A DNA stretch of 64,000 nt from Bacteriovoracia bacterium. Lineage in GTDB: Bacteria; Bdellovibrionota; UBA1018; CAIPTA01. Below are positions 18,733 to 28,578 of the stretch, one piece after another. The stretch is from the NCBI GenBank assembly GCA_050246755.1, contig JBFWVL010000001.1:1760001-1824000 (forward strand), in the 5' to 3' direction. Numbering within the stretch: the stretch's first letter is position 1; every line of letters begins with the position of its first letter. The position numbers were made by a program, and so were the translations under genes. The notes beneath the pieces are model-generated. The model made no database searches, had not been told where the DNA came from, and was given only the letters and a program-made list of their open reading frames with translations.

Positions 18733-18854
18733 GCAGTCCCTCGAGAATGAGTGTGTGGATAAGGTGTATAAGTCGGGGAAGAATTTTGCAATGGCGGGGC
18801 GCGTAAACTTGATTCTGCCTGGTGGCCCCGCGGCTTCGAGAATAAGATTTTACC

Positions 18855-19481
18855 ATGAGAAAAATTCTAGCCCTTCTTTGCCTTCTCCTCGCCTGGCCCG
18901 CCTACGCCTCTACCCCTTCGGTTCATGGCCATGAATTCGTGGCGGAATCGGAGCGTGCCGATCCACCAAGCGAAGAATTAACCGAACGCTTGGCTAGGGA
19001 TTCCGAGTTCGTGGACGAAACCGGAAGCATGGGCTTTCCCAAGGCGGTAGCTACCCTCCAGCGCATCTACGATTCGAAGGAAATTTATTGGGAAACCAGG
19101 GAAGAGGCCTTGCGCACCTTGCTCCTGCGTTTCGAGCGTTCGCCCGGCAAGAAAGCCCGTACTTTGCAAAAATACTTAATCGGAAAGCTACGCACGAAGA
19201 AAGAGCCGCTCGAGGCCAAGAAGCTGATTTACGATTCAATCGCGGGCCAGGCGAATAAAGCCGCCATTCCCGCGATGGTAACGGTGGCGAGCGATCCCGC
19301 CGTGCACGAGTTCGTGCGTTTCGAAGCGTGTAAAGACCTTGCTTCCGAGAAACTAAAGCCCGGCCAAAAGCAGATCGTGCGCAAGGCGCTAAATCAGATC
19401 GCTTCCCTTAAGGCCGTGAAGGCGGGGGAAGTGGAAGGCATGAACGTGGCCGAAGTGGAAAGCCTATTGAAGAAATTTTAG
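18855..19481 (+). CDS. Secreted helical (HEAT-like) hypothetical protein
   Basis: Signal peptide (AYA cleavage site) and HEAT-like helical repeats (VRFEACKDL). Confidence 0.6.
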   Translation: MRKILALLCLLLAWPAYASTPSVHGHEFVAESERADPPSEELTERLARDSEFVDETGSMGFPKAVATLQRIYDSKEIYWETREEALRTLLLRFERSPGKKARTLQKYLIGKLRTKKEPLEAKKLIYDSIAGQANKAAIPAMVTVASDPAVHEFVRFEACKDLASEKLKPGQKQIVRKALNQIASLKAVKAGEVEGMNVAEVESLLKKF

Positions 19482-19533
19482 GGAAAATCCTAAGGTGCGA
19501 GAGCAAATGATTTTGATTTTGCGCGATGCCAAA

Positions 19534-19553
19534 TTGTAACCATTTCGTTACAA
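19534..19553. promoter_or_regulatory. Palindromic transcription-factor site
   Basis: Perfect inverted repeat TTGTAAC-CATTTC-GTTACAA in the AT-rich region upstream of cheW. Confidence 0.55.
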
Positions 19554-19650
19554 ATGTAAGGTCGCTCTGTCATAAAAAATCTAGTGAAATGTAGCTAAGT
19601 AAATCTACTAGTATTCCAAGCGGCTACAATAGATTTTTTTTTATTTTTAT

Positions 19651-19677
19651 TAAGGCCTCTCTGGTTCCGATCGATAG
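19651..19677 (+). promoter_or_regulatory. sigma28 (FliA)-type promoter
   Basis: TAAG-N15-ATCGATAG versus consensus TAAA-N15-GCCGATAA; upstream of chemotaxis genes. Confidence 0.55.
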
Positions 19678-19719
19678 GAGTATGTACCGCAATCGCGGTT
19701 TCATTATCCCGGAGAGCAC

Positions 19720-20223
19720 GTGAACGAAACTAATCTACCAGTCGACCAAAAAGAAAAATCAGTCTACGAAGAGCGTTTCCTCGCCTTCACTCTTTGCAAA
19801 GAGCAGTACGCTATTCCTTTACAGCAAGTGAAAGAGGTGATCGGCTATCAGAATGCTACGCCGGTCCCCCAGGCCCCGAATTACTTTAAGGGAGTAATCA
19901 ATCTACGCGGCCAGATTATTTCGATTGTGGACCTTCGCACTAAGCTGAAGCTCATCAATCCCGAGCTCGGCCCCGAGACGGCCATAATTATTCTCGACCT
20001 GAATCCTTTTTGCCTCGGCGTGGTGGTGGATACCATTGATTGTGTGCATGCTTTCGCTAAGTCTGACATCGATGACTCCAATGGCATCGAGAACTATGCG
20101 AAGCAACATTATATTACCGGCATCGCCAAAAAAGATAAGCAGCTGGTGATTCTGCTCGACGTGAAGGCCACCATCGATCCGGCCGACGCACAAATTCTAA
20201 ATCAAAATAAAAAAGCCGCTTAA
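19720..20223 (+). CDS. cheW: Chemotaxis coupling protein CheW
   Basis: FLAF.L..EQYAIPL..VKEVI, TPVPQAP..KGVINLRGQI, and GVVVD motifs. Confidence 0.95.
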   Translation: MNETNLPVDQKEKSVYEERFLAFTLCKEQYAIPLQQVKEVIGYQNATPVPQAPNYFKGVINLRGQIISIVDLRTKLKLINPELGPETAIIILDLNPFCLGVVVDTIDCVHAFAKSDIDDSNGIENYAKQHYITGIAKKDKQLVILLDVKATIDPADAQILNQNKKAA

Positions 20224-20244
20224 TTTAATTATACCGAGGAAAAT

Positions 20245-21990
20245 ATGAAGAATAAGAGCCTGCGCGCCAAACTGTTCCTGCTTTCTGGATTTCTCATTGC
20301 CGTTGCCTTAGTGGTGGGGGCGGTGGGATATTGGTCTTCCGAAAAGATCACCGAAAAGTTCACCGTAATCACCGATGTGAGCTTGCCTAATATTAAAGGC
20401 CTGCTTGAGATGGACGGAAACATCCGCCTGGCCACTGTGCAGGTTCTTTACCTCACCTTGCCAGGAGCTACCGAAGAACAGGATGCCCGCGCCATCAAAA
20501 CCGAGGAAGAGCAATGGGCCGAATTTGATAAGACGATCAAGGAGTATGAATCCATTCCCTTCACCGAGGGGGAAAAAGAGCTTTTCGAAGACTTTAAAAA
20601 GAAAGCGCTGGTCGTACAGGAACACCTTGGCCGTGCCATGGTTTTGGCTAAAAAGAATAAAGATCCACAATCGGCCGAGCGCAAAGAGCTGATTCACCTG
20701 ATGATGACTGACGTGAGAAATTCCGCCCGTGAATCCCGTGCCGCCGTAGCCAAGCTCAAAGAGTTTCATGTGAAAGCGGCTGAATTCAACCAGAAAGCCG
20801 CCGATAATGCCTCCAATCTAGGAGTTTTGCTCTCCGTACTTACCCTGTTAGTTGGTTGCGTCAGTGGCGGTGCATTTGCTTGGTTCTTCTCCGGCTCCCT
20901 GGTGAAAACCCTGCGTTCCATCAGCGATTCCATCTCGGAATCCAGCCTGCAAGTTTCCTCGGCCTCCGGCCAGATCGCGGCTTCTTCGCAGCAGCTCTCG
21001 CAAGCGGCTACGGAACAGGCAGCCTCGCTCGAAGAAACCGCCAGCTCGATCGAAGAGATGAGCGCGATGGTGAAGAAAAACAGCGACAACGCCAAGAATA
21101 CCGCGTCGGTTTCTACCGACTCGCAGAACTCCGCCGAAAAGGGCAAGCAAGCTGTGGAGAAAATGCTTCACTCGATGGATGCCATTAATCAAAGCAATGC
21201 CGTGATCATGCAGCAGATCGATCATAGCAATAATCAAATCGGCGAGATCGTTAAGGTGATCGCGGAGATCGGCAATAAAACAAAAGTAATCAACGATATC
21301 GTTTTCCAGACGAAGCTGCTTTCCTTTAATGCCTCCGTGGAGGCCGCACGGGCCGGGGAGCACGGGAAAGGTTTCGCCGTAGTGGCCGAAGAAGTGGGCA
21401 ATCTCGCGCAAATGAGCGGAAACGCCGCCAAGGAAATCTCCTCGCTGCTGGAGAGCAGCACCCAAAAGGTAGAGGGTATCGTGCACGAAACGAAGACCAA
21501 AGTGGGCACCCTCGTGGCCGATGGAAAAGCGAAGGTGGAAGAGGGAACCAACGTGGCCAAGGAATGCAGCGAGATCCTGAACGAGATCGTGAAGAACGTG
21601 GCCAGCGTTTCCTTGATGTCCACGGAGATCGCCACCGCCAGTGAAGAGCAGTCGCGCGGCGTGAACGAGATCACCAAGGCCATGGGCCAGCTGGATGCGG
21701 TAACCCAAACCAATGCGGCCACTTCCGAAGAGGCCGCGAGCGCGGCCGAGGAGCTTTCCGCTCAAGCGGAATCGCTGAAAGGGCTCGTGAATGAGCTCGT
21801 GGTGGCGGTGAACGGGAGAGCCGATGGCTTCGCCGCTCCCGTGATGGTGGCCAAGCAAGTTCCCGCGAAAAGCGCGGGCGGCAAGGTTGTTCCCTTCGCG
21901 GCCCGTGCCTCCCAGCCGGCGGCGCCCATGAAAAAAGCCGCGGGTGATGAGCGTCCCAGCTACGACGACTCGCGCTTTACCGAAGTTTAG
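20245..21990 (+). CDS. Methyl-accepting chemotaxis protein (4HB sensor)
   Basis: Two TMs, QTKLLSFNASVEAARAGEHGKGFAVVAEEV hairpin tip, and methylation helices EQAASLEE / SEEAASAAEE. Confidence 0.97.
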   Translation: MKNKSLRAKLFLLSGFLIAVALVVGAVGYWSSEKITEKFTVITDVSLPNIKGLLEMDGNIRLATVQVLYLTLPGATEEQDARAIKTEEEQWAEFDKTIKEYESIPFTEGEKELFEDFKKKALVVQEHLGRAMVLAKKNKDPQSAERKELIHLMMTDVRNSARESRAAVAKLKEFHVKAAEFNQKAADNASNLGVLLSVLTLLVGCVSGGAFAWFFSGSLVKTLRSISDSISESSLQVSSASGQIAASSQQLSQAATEQAASLEETASSIEEMSAMVKKNSDNAKNTASVSTDSQNSAEKGKQAVEKMLHSMDAINQSNAVIMQQIDHSNNQIGEIVKVIAEIGNKTKVINDIVFQTKLLSFNASVEAARAGEHGKGFAVVAEEVGNLAQMSGNAAKEISSLLESSTQKVEGIVHETKTKVGTLVADGKAKVEEGTNVAKECSEILNEIVKNVASVSLMSTEIATASEEQSRGVNEITKAMGQLDAVTQTNAATSEEAASAAEELSAQAESLKGLVNELVVAVNGRADGFAAPVMVAKQVPAKSAGGKVVPFAARASQPAAPMKKAAGDERPSYDDSRFTEV

Positions 21991-21999
21991 TTCCAATCA

Positions 22000-22040
22000 A
22001 ACGGCCCTCCTTGTTTTTTAGGAGGGGCCGTTCTCATTTT
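22000..22040 (+). terminator. Stem-loop / probable terminator between mcp and cheR
   Basis: AACGGCCCTCC...GGAGGGGCCGTT near-perfect stem followed by CTCATTTT. Confidence 0.6.
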
Positions 22041-22042
22041 AG

Positions 22043-22891
22043 GTGACTATGTCTGCGGCGATCATAGCTTCTTTTAGTGTTGGTCCGGAAATGGAGCTTT
22101 CCGCGAAGGAATTCTCCTATTTTTCTGGTCTATTAAGACAAGTTGCCGGTATCCACCTTGCGCCCGCGAAGATGCAGCTTTTACAGGGTCGTCTCCGGCA
22201 ACGCGTACTGTCGCTGGGGCTGAAATCGTTTGCTGAGTACCAGCATCGCCTCGCCGCTTTGTCGAATGGCGATCCAGAGCTGCAAGAGTTCGTGAATTTA
22301 CTGACCACGAACAAAACCGAGTTTTTCCGCGAGTGCGGGCATTTCGAATTTCTCGCCCAGGTTTTGGCGCAACGAAACTCTCCGGTGCGGATCTGGTGCG
22401 CGGCCTCGTCCACCGGGGAAGAGCCCTATACGCTCGCCATTTTACTGCACCACCTAGGCGTGGCCGACTTCGAGATCTTTGCTTCGGACATCGATACCGA
22501 AGTACTTTCCGTGGCCGCAAGCGCCGTATACTCGCGGGAAAAGCTCCGCGAGATTCCGGAAGAATACCAGAAGACGGCGTTTGACTTCGGAACCAAAGGA
22601 ATCGAAGATTGGATGCGGGTAAAGCCCGCCATCCGTCGCCGCGTGAAGTTTGGGCAGCATAATCTGATCGATCCTCGGTTGCCGGCCAACGGCTTGTTCG
22701 ATTTCGTTTTCTGCCGCAACGTCTTGATCTACTTCACGCCGGAAACCTGCGAGCAGATCATGAATAAGCTTTATCAGGCCACGAAGCCGGGAGGCATGGC
22801 GTTTATCGGGCACTCCGAATCGCTGCAGAATATGAAAACCGGCTGGAAGCCGCTTCGTGCTTCGGTTTACCAGAGAAAGAGTGGCAAGTGA
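22043..22891 (+). CDS. cheR: Chemotaxis methyltransferase CheR
   Basis: TTNKTEFFRE, IWCAASSTGEEPY, ASDID, FCRNVLIYF and IGHSE motifs. Start could be 22049 or 22091. Confidence 0.95.
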   Translation: MTMSAAIIASFSVGPEMELSAKEFSYFSGLLRQVAGIHLAPAKMQLLQGRLRQRVLSLGLKSFAEYQHRLAALSNGDPELQEFVNLLTTNKTEFFRECGHFEFLAQVLAQRNSPVRIWCAASSTGEEPYTLAILLHHLGVADFEIFASDIDTEVLSVAASAVYSREKLREIPEEYQKTAFDFGTKGIEDWMRVKPAIRRRVKFGQHNLIDPRLPANGLFDFVFCRNVLIYFTPETCEQIMNKLYQATKPGGMAFIGHSESLQNMKTGWKPLRASVYQRKSGK

Positions 22892-23370
22892 TCATCGATC
22901 CCGCCACGCAAGTGCCCATCGGCATCGGAGAGCTCGCGGTGTTGAAAGAGCCAAAAGTAATCACCACGGTGCTGGGATCCTGCGTTTCCGTGTGCCTCTA
23001 CGCGCCCGCCCACCGAGCTGGGGGCATGAATCACTTTGCCATGCCGAAAAAGCTAAATGGAGCCCAGGGGCATAACCAATACCACTTCGGTACCGACGCG
23101 ATTCCCGCCCTGGTGGAAAAACTGAAGCAGTTAACCGGAGCTCAGGCTACGGATTTCGTAGCGAAAATAGTGGGGGGCGCGCAAGGATTGTCGAGTAGTT
23201 CCGGCTCGGTAGGCAAAGAAAATATTGCTTTGGCTTTGGCGATGCTGCAGCAATATAAAATTAAAATACTCGGAACCGATACCGGCGGGAATCTGGGCCG
23301 CAAAGTACTGTTTTATCCTGAATCAGGGCGGCTTTTAGTGGCCTTATTGGATGCGCAGGCCGCTGCCTAG
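22888..23370 (+). CDS. cheD: Chemoreceptor glutamine deamidase CheD
   Basis: TVLGSCVSVC, GGMNHF, AKIVGGA and DTGG..GRK motifs. Confidence 0.93.
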   Translation: MIIDPATQVPIGIGELAVLKEPKVITTVLGSCVSVCLYAPAHRAGGMNHFAMPKKLNGAQGHNQYHFGTDAIPALVEKLKQLTGAQATDFVAKIVGGAQGLSSSSGSVGKENIALALAMLQQYKIKILGTDTGGNLGRKVLFYPESGRLLVALLDAQAAA

Positions 23371-23417
23371 GGTATAGTGGAGGCAGGTGGACTAACCGCC
23401 TGAATTCGAGGTATTCC

Positions 23418-23993
23418 ATGCGCGCTCTTTTTTTGATTTTACTCGCCGTTCCCGGCTTATCGTTCGCTTCCCCGAAGGCGAGCCCGCCGCAAACCGAGAC
23501 GGCCCTCTTCGCCGCCGGCTGCTTCTGGGGCAGCGAAGAATTTTTTCGCAAGATTCCCGGGGTAATGAGCACCAGCGTGGGCTACGCCGGCGGAAAAATG
23601 GAAAATCCTAGCTATGAAGCGGTGAGCGCGGGAAAAACCGGCCACGCCGAAGTGGTGAAGGTGGAATTCGATCCGAAAAAAGTAAGCTACGAAAAGCTGC
23701 TCGATCAATTTTTCAAAATGCACGATCCCACCACGCTGAATCGCCAGGGCAATGATGTGGGCCCCCAATACCGCTCGGCGATTTTCTTTGAGAGCGGCGC
23801 GCAGAAAAAAATAGCCGAAGAGTTTAAGCGGAAGGTGGAAAAATCAGGTGCCTGGAAAGGCAAGATCACCACCGAGATCGCGCCCGCGAGTAAGTTCTTT
23901 CCGGCGGAAGACTATCACCAGCATTACTTGATCAAGAATCCCGACGGCTACGATAATCATTACCTGCGGAATATTTCGTTCGAAAAAAAGTAG
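23418..23993 (+). CDS. msrA: Peptide-methionine (S)-S-oxide reductase, exported
   Basis: AGCFWG, GHAE, DPT..NRQG.D.G.QYRS and AEDYHQ motifs; N-terminal signal peptide. Confidence 0.95.
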   Translation: MRALFLILLAVPGLSFASPKASPPQTETALFAAGCFWGSEEFFRKIPGVMSTSVGYAGGKMENPSYEAVSAGKTGHAEVVKVEFDPKKVSYEKLLDQFFKMHDPTTLNRQGNDVGPQYRSAIFFESGAQKKIAEEFKRKVEKSGAWKGKITTEIAPASKFFPAEDYHQHYLIKNPDGYDNHYLRNISFEKK

Positions 23994-24175
23994 GTGCATG
24001 CTCTCGCTGGCCCCAAAATATCTCCATAGATCGGGTAGTTGGGTAAAAGAGTAGCTTGCCTTACACTCTAGCGGTTCATGCGCTGAATTAGCGGTAGCGG
24101 ATTTCGTAAGAGGAATTTATTTAGTTTATCCTTAGGTAAGCCGTTAAGAAATCAGGCCTCAAAGGAAGAGACTGA

Positions 24176-27100
24176 ATGCAACGATGTTTCCCCAAATTTT
24201 TTTCACGCGCAGCCCGTTCGGGCCTGAGCCTCGCCGCGGGCGTGACCGCATTGGCCTTTCTCTCCGCTTGCGGCATCACGAATAAGTCCGGCAAATCCGA
24301 CACCAAGGCTTCTTTCTCGAGCGGCGGCATCAGCGTAAGCGAAGCTTCTCCCTCGGTGCAAATCCCCGTGGTTCTCAGCCAGTCCGTGCAGTTTGCATCG
24401 TCGGTGAGCTACAGCATCGTGGGCGGAAGCGCCATCAACGGCAGTGATTTTACGGCTGCCACCTCCGGCTCGCTTAGTTTTCCAGCCGGATCCCGCGTGG
24501 CTTATATCAACGTAAATCTGATTCAGAATGCGGTGGTGAATTCCGACCGCACGGTGGTGTTTAAGCTCAGCGGCGCGAAGGTCATTTCCGGTATCGGTGC
24601 CCAGTCTTCTTTTACCCTTACGATCGTGGACGACGATTCGCAGGCGGAAGTAAACTTCTCCACCTCCGCCCAAACCGTTGCCGAGGCGGCGGGCACCGCT
24701 TTGGTAACCGCCACGCTGGCCACTTCGAAATCGTTCGACGTTACCATTCCCGTTTCGGTTTCCGGCACGGCTACGCAAAACGTGGACTATACTCTCTCGG
24801 GCACCACGATCACGATTCCCGCCGGGAGCACCTCCGCATCCCTCACCGTAAATCTTGTCAGCGACGGCGTCGTGGATGCGGATGAGACGATCATTTTCAC
24901 CATGGACACGCCCACTAACGCCACGGTGGGGAGCATTAATTCCCAAACGATTACCATCACCGATTCGGGTGGAACCGCGCTTCCGACCGTCAGTTTTTCT
25001 GCCGCTACCCAGCTGGTGAGCGAGAACGCAGGTAGCGTGACGGTGACCGTGGATCTTTCCGTGGCCGCGCCGGCCGCCACCGTGGTGCCTATTTTTATCG
25101 GTTCGGGAACTGCCACCGAGGGTGCCGATTTTAGTCTTTCCTCTACCAGCCTGTCTTACGCGATTGGAGAAATTTCGAAATCGTTTACCGTTACCATCGT
25201 GGACGATACCGCTTCCGAGGGAACGGAGTCCATCGTGCTGGGGATCGGTACTCCCGTGAACGCCACCGTGGGAGCCACGGGCACCCAGACGATTTCCATT
25301 ACTGACAACGACGCTGCCGCTTTCTCGATCACGAGCGTGAATCCCGACAGCGGGCCAGCCCAGGGGGAGAACCGCGTAACCGTTTACGGAAATGGTTTCA
25401 CCGGTGTAACGAGCGTGACCCTGGCCGGGATCGCGTGCGGTTCCGTGAACGCGATCAGCTCCAACGAGCTCACTTGCATCGCCGGTGCGGGCGCGGCCGG
25501 CACGGGCGACGCCGACGTAACCGTCGCCGGCCCGACTACTACCACCTTGGTGAACGCCTATACTTACCTGGACTGGACGCCCACCGCCGCCGGCTCCGCC
25601 CCCGCGGCCCGTTACTTCCATTCTTCCGTTTGGACTGGATCCGAGATGATCATCTGGGGCGGCACGAACGAAGTGGGAACCTATTTCGGCAACGGGGCTC
25701 GCTTTAACCCGGCCACGAATTCTTGGACCACGATTGCCGCGAGCGCCACGAACGAACCTTCCTCCCGTGGTGACCACACCGGTACTTGGACCGGCAGCCA
25801 AATGATTATTTGGGGCGGAACTAACGGCACGAGCTACCTAGCCGACGGCGCGAAGTTTACTCCCGTGCTCGGAACCTGGACCGCCATGGCCAGCACTTCG
25901 GCTCCTTCGGCACGCAGCCGCCATACCGCTACGTGGTGCCCCGATGGGCTGCTTGCGGTGTGGGGCGGTTTCAACGGCACCGCGCTCGGCAGCGGCGCAA
26001 GATATAATCCTACGGCGGATACTTGGGTGGCGATGACGGCGCCCCCCGCAGCGGTGGTTCCGCGGTTCGGGCATACGGCGGTACTTTCGCTATCCAGCGG
26101 GTTGTTCCGATTGATCATCTGGGGCGGAAGCGACGGTTCGAACGAATTATCCAGCGGCGGGATGTATAACTTATCCGGAGGTACTTGGACCACCACGCAG
26201 ACTACCGGCGTGCCCTCCGGCAGGACGGGCCATTCGGCGATATGGGATGGTAGCTCGATGATCGTGTGGGGGGGAGTATCCTCCACCATCGCGCAGGGTG
26301 GTGGTGCGAAGTTCACTCCTCCTACGACCGCCGTGAACGGCGGAACCTGGGTGACTATCAGCAATACCAGCGCGCCCGCAGCGCGCGAGTCGCATTCCAC
26401 CGTTTGGACCGGCCTCGAAATGCTGGTTTGGGGCGGACGCAATGGGTCTTCCATCTTCAACGACGGCGGACGCTACAATTCTAGTTTAGATTCTTGGACG
26501 ACGATTTCTACCACCGGCGCGCCCACGGCGCGTTTCGATCAATCGGCGGAATATACCGGCGACCGCATGATCGTATGGGGCGGGAACGACGGGGCGGCCG
26601 CCTTGGCTTCGGGATCGCAGTTCTTCGCGCCCAACGCGAGCTCCAATACCTGGACGGCCACCGCCGTGCCTACTTCTCCGGCTCTCGCCGCCCGCCAGTA
26701 CCACTCCGCGGTGTGGACTGGCTCGGAAATTATTCTCTGGGGCGGTTCCACGCTCGCTTCCGCCACCGACTGCGTAAATACCGGCGCGCGATTCAATCCC
26801 GCCACGAACGCCTGGAGCACGGTGGGCGTAAGCACCACCTCGGCCCCGACCGCGCGTTGCGAGCATTCCGCCGTTTGGACCGGCGGCAGAATGATTATCT
26901 GGGGCGGCCGGACGGCGGCCAACGTGAGTACGGCCACGGGCGGATTGTATAGCCCGGTCGCCAATACCTGGACCACGGCGCTGGCGGGCACCGGCACGAA
27001 TAATCCCAGCGCGCGCTTCGCCCATTCTGCCGTTTGGACCGGCCAGCGCATGATCATCTGGGGCGGGATCGATAGCGGCACGACTAAATCAGATGGATTT

Positions 27101-27724
27101 ATCTATAATCCCGATGCCACCACCACGGCACTTGCCTGGACGGCGCTTCCCTCCACCGGCACCCCCGCCGCCCGCCTGCGCCACGTGGCCGTTTGGACTG
27201 GGAGCCAGATGATTATCTGGGGCGGAAAAAGTGCGATCAGTGCCCCCACCTATTTTGCAACGGGGGCCATTTATGATTTGGCGGGCAATACCTGGACGGC
27301 TACCGCCGCGGGCAGCGCGCCCACCGGCCGAGAGGGCCATACCGCGGTGTGGACCGGCTCGAGAATGATCGTATGGGGCGGATACGACGGATCTTCCCGC
27401 CTGAATACCGGCGCGGAACTAGATCCAATCGGAAATGCCTGGACGGTTCTTACCACTACCAATGCTCCTACCGCGCGTAGCGATCACTCCGCCGTGTGGA
27501 CGGGGACCAAGATGATTATCTGGGGAGGTTTCTCCACGGGATCGGCCCATACGGGAGCGGAATATAATCCGACGAGTACCAGCTGGACAGTGATGACGAC
27601 CAACTCCGCTCCGGCCGGCCGCTTCCGCCATACCGCTATATGGACCGGCGATCGCATGGTAATATTGGGCGGAGTAGACAATGGCACTTCGATCTTCAAT
27701 ACCGGCGGCATGTATATTCCCTAG
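24176..27724 (+). CDS. Large lipoprotein: 3 Calx-beta + IPT/TIG + 14 Kelch-like repeats
   Basis: Lipobox FLSAC; three Calx-beta units ending TIVDDD / TITDS / SITDND; IPT (SVNPDSGPAQG); 14 R..H[ST]AVWTG..MIIWGG repeats. Confidence 0.85.
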   Translation: MQRCFPKFFSRAARSGLSLAAGVTALAFLSACGITNKSGKSDTKASFSSGGISVSEASPSVQIPVVLSQSVQFASSVSYSIVGGSAINGSDFTAATSGSLSFPAGSRVAYINVNLIQNAVVNSDRTVVFKLSGAKVISGIGAQSSFTLTIVDDDSQAEVNFSTSAQTVAEAAGTALVTATLATSKSFDVTIPVSVSGTATQNVDYTLSGTTITIPAGSTSASLTVNLVSDGVVDADETIIFTMDTPTNATVGSINSQTITITDSGGTALPTVSFSAATQLVSENAGSVTVTVDLSVAAPAATVVPIFIGSGTATEGADFSLSSTSLSYAIGEISKSFTVTIVDDTASEGTESIVLGIGTPVNATVGATGTQTISITDNDAAAFSITSVNPDSGPAQGENRVTVYGNGFTGVTSVTLAGIACGSVNAISSNELTCIAGAGAAGTGDADVTVAGPTTTTLVNAYTYLDWTPTAAGSAPAARYFHSSVWTGSEMIIWGGTNEVGTYFGNGARFNPATNSWTTIAASATNEPSSRGDHTGTWTGSQMIIWGGTNGTSYLADGAKFTPVLGTWTAMASTSAPSARSRHTATWCPDGLLAVWGGFNGTALGSGARYNPTADTWVAMTAPPAAVVPRFGHTAVLSLSSGLFRLIIWGGSDGSNELSSGGMYNLSGGTWTTTQTTGVPSGRTGHSAIWDGSSMIVWGGVSSTIAQGGGAKFTPPTTAVNGGTWVTISNTSAPAARESHSTVWTGLEMLVWGGRNGSSIFNDGGRYNSSLDSWTTISTTGAPTARFDQSAEYTGDRMIVWGGNDGAAALASGSQFFAPNASSNTWTATAVPTSPALAARQYHSAVWTGSEIILWGGSTLASATDCVNTGARFNPATNAWSTVGVSTTSAPTARCEHSAVWTGGRMIIWGGRTAANVSTATGGLYSPVANTWTTALAGTGTNNPSARFAHSAVWTGQRMIIWGGIDSGTTKSDGFIYNPDATTTALAWTALPSTGTPAARLRHVAVWTGSQMIIWGGKSAISAPTYFATGAIYDLAGNTWTATAAGSAPTGREGHTAVWTGSRMIVWGGYDGSSRLNTGAELDPIGNAWTVLTTTNAPTARSDHSAVWTGTKMIIWGGFSTGSAHTGAEYNPTSTSWTVMTTNSAPAGRFRHTAIWTGDRMVILGGVDNGTSIFNTGGMYIP

Positions 27725-28574
27725 GTTCGGGCGGAGCCTCGCCGTTCTCGTTTGTGCCCTCGCCGTTTTTTCCTGCACTGGAAAACAGAATAGAATTTTG
27801 GCCGAAGTGGGCCGCTTTACTATCACGGCCGGCGACGCTAAGTACCGCGACGAAATGATCCAAGTATTTTACCCTGGGTCGAAAGAGCCCGACGCGGGCT
27901 TCCTTCAATTACGTGAAGTTTTTATTCAGGCGCAGGTACTGGAAAATAACGGAGTGAAGTTCGGCGAAGATGCCATTGATCGTGAGGCGGCGCGGATCGA
28001 TAAGGAAACGCAGGCGCCGGCCACCCTGGAAAAGATCAAAGCCATCTTCGCGAAGAATCCCGCCGCCTATAGAAAAATTTTCGTGCTGCCCACTCTGGTA
28101 GAGCGCACGATCTATTTTGATTTTTTCTTGCGCAACCCGCAGGTGCAGGCCGGGCCCATTGCCGTGGTGAAGGCATTGCTGGCGGCCCTGCCCGCGGAGC
28201 TAAGCGGGGAAGCAAAAAAGCGCGGTCTCACTCGGCTGGAGCTCGAGTATGAGGCTTCGAGAGGATTTTTTAAAAAAGGCCAGGTGGTTCCGGAGCAGAA
28301 GCCTGCGAACGAAGCCTCGGCGCGGGCGCTGGGCGATATGCGGAAGAAGGCGCTGGATTTCGACAACGCTTATTTTCTGAAGCATGCCGCGGAGATTCAG
28401 GCGGGCAAGCCGCTAGGGGAGCCTCTGGACCGGGGCGAAGTATGGCTGGTGCTTCAGCCTAAAAAGAAAGGCGGAAAGATTTTTTCCGCCTTCGTGGTGC
28501 CTAAAATTTCTTACGAGGACTGGTTGCGAGCGGAACAGAGAAAAGTTACGGTCCGCGAATTCAGCCAAAACTGA
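27681..28574 (+). CDS. Hypothetical lipoprotein (weak SurA/PrsA N-domain-like); start uncertain
   Basis: Lipobox VFSC, then LAEVGRFTIT; C-terminal YEDWL..E..KVTV. Confidence 0.5.
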   Translation: MALRSSIPAACIFPRFGRSLAVLVCALAVFSCTGKQNRILAEVGRFTITAGDAKYRDEMIQVFYPGSKEPDAGFLQLREVFIQAQVLENNGVKFGEDAIDREAARIDKETQAPATLEKIKAIFAKNPAAYRKIFVLPTLVERTIYFDFFLRNPQVQAGPIAVVKALLAALPAELSGEAKKRGLTRLELEYEASRGFFKKGQVVPEQKPANEASARALGDMRKKALDFDNAYFLKHAAEIQAGKPLGEPLDRGEVWLVLQPKKKGGKIFSAFVVPKISYEDWLRAEQRKVTVREFSQN

Positions 28575-28578
28575 ACTC

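Noticed and set aside
23994-24175. Possible c-di-GMP riboswitch/leader RNA upstream of the Kelch lipoprotein
   Set aside because: Only a vague resemblance (GGTAAGCC...GAAA...CAAAG). The GGCAAAC/GACGCAAAG core and paired stems are not present; it would need an Infernal search.
24203-25801. Long antisense ORFs (e.g. 532 aa here; also 1032-2195, 20848-21996, 58976-60124)
   Set aside because: Shadow ORFs opposite well-supported genes, expected in high-GC DNA; no motifs or RBS.
25570-27720. Recurring TGGACCGG / ATCTGGGGCGG DNA repeats resembling an array
   Set aside because: They are codon-level echoes of the Kelch WTG/IWGG protein repeats inside one ORF, not CRISPR or DGR repeats.
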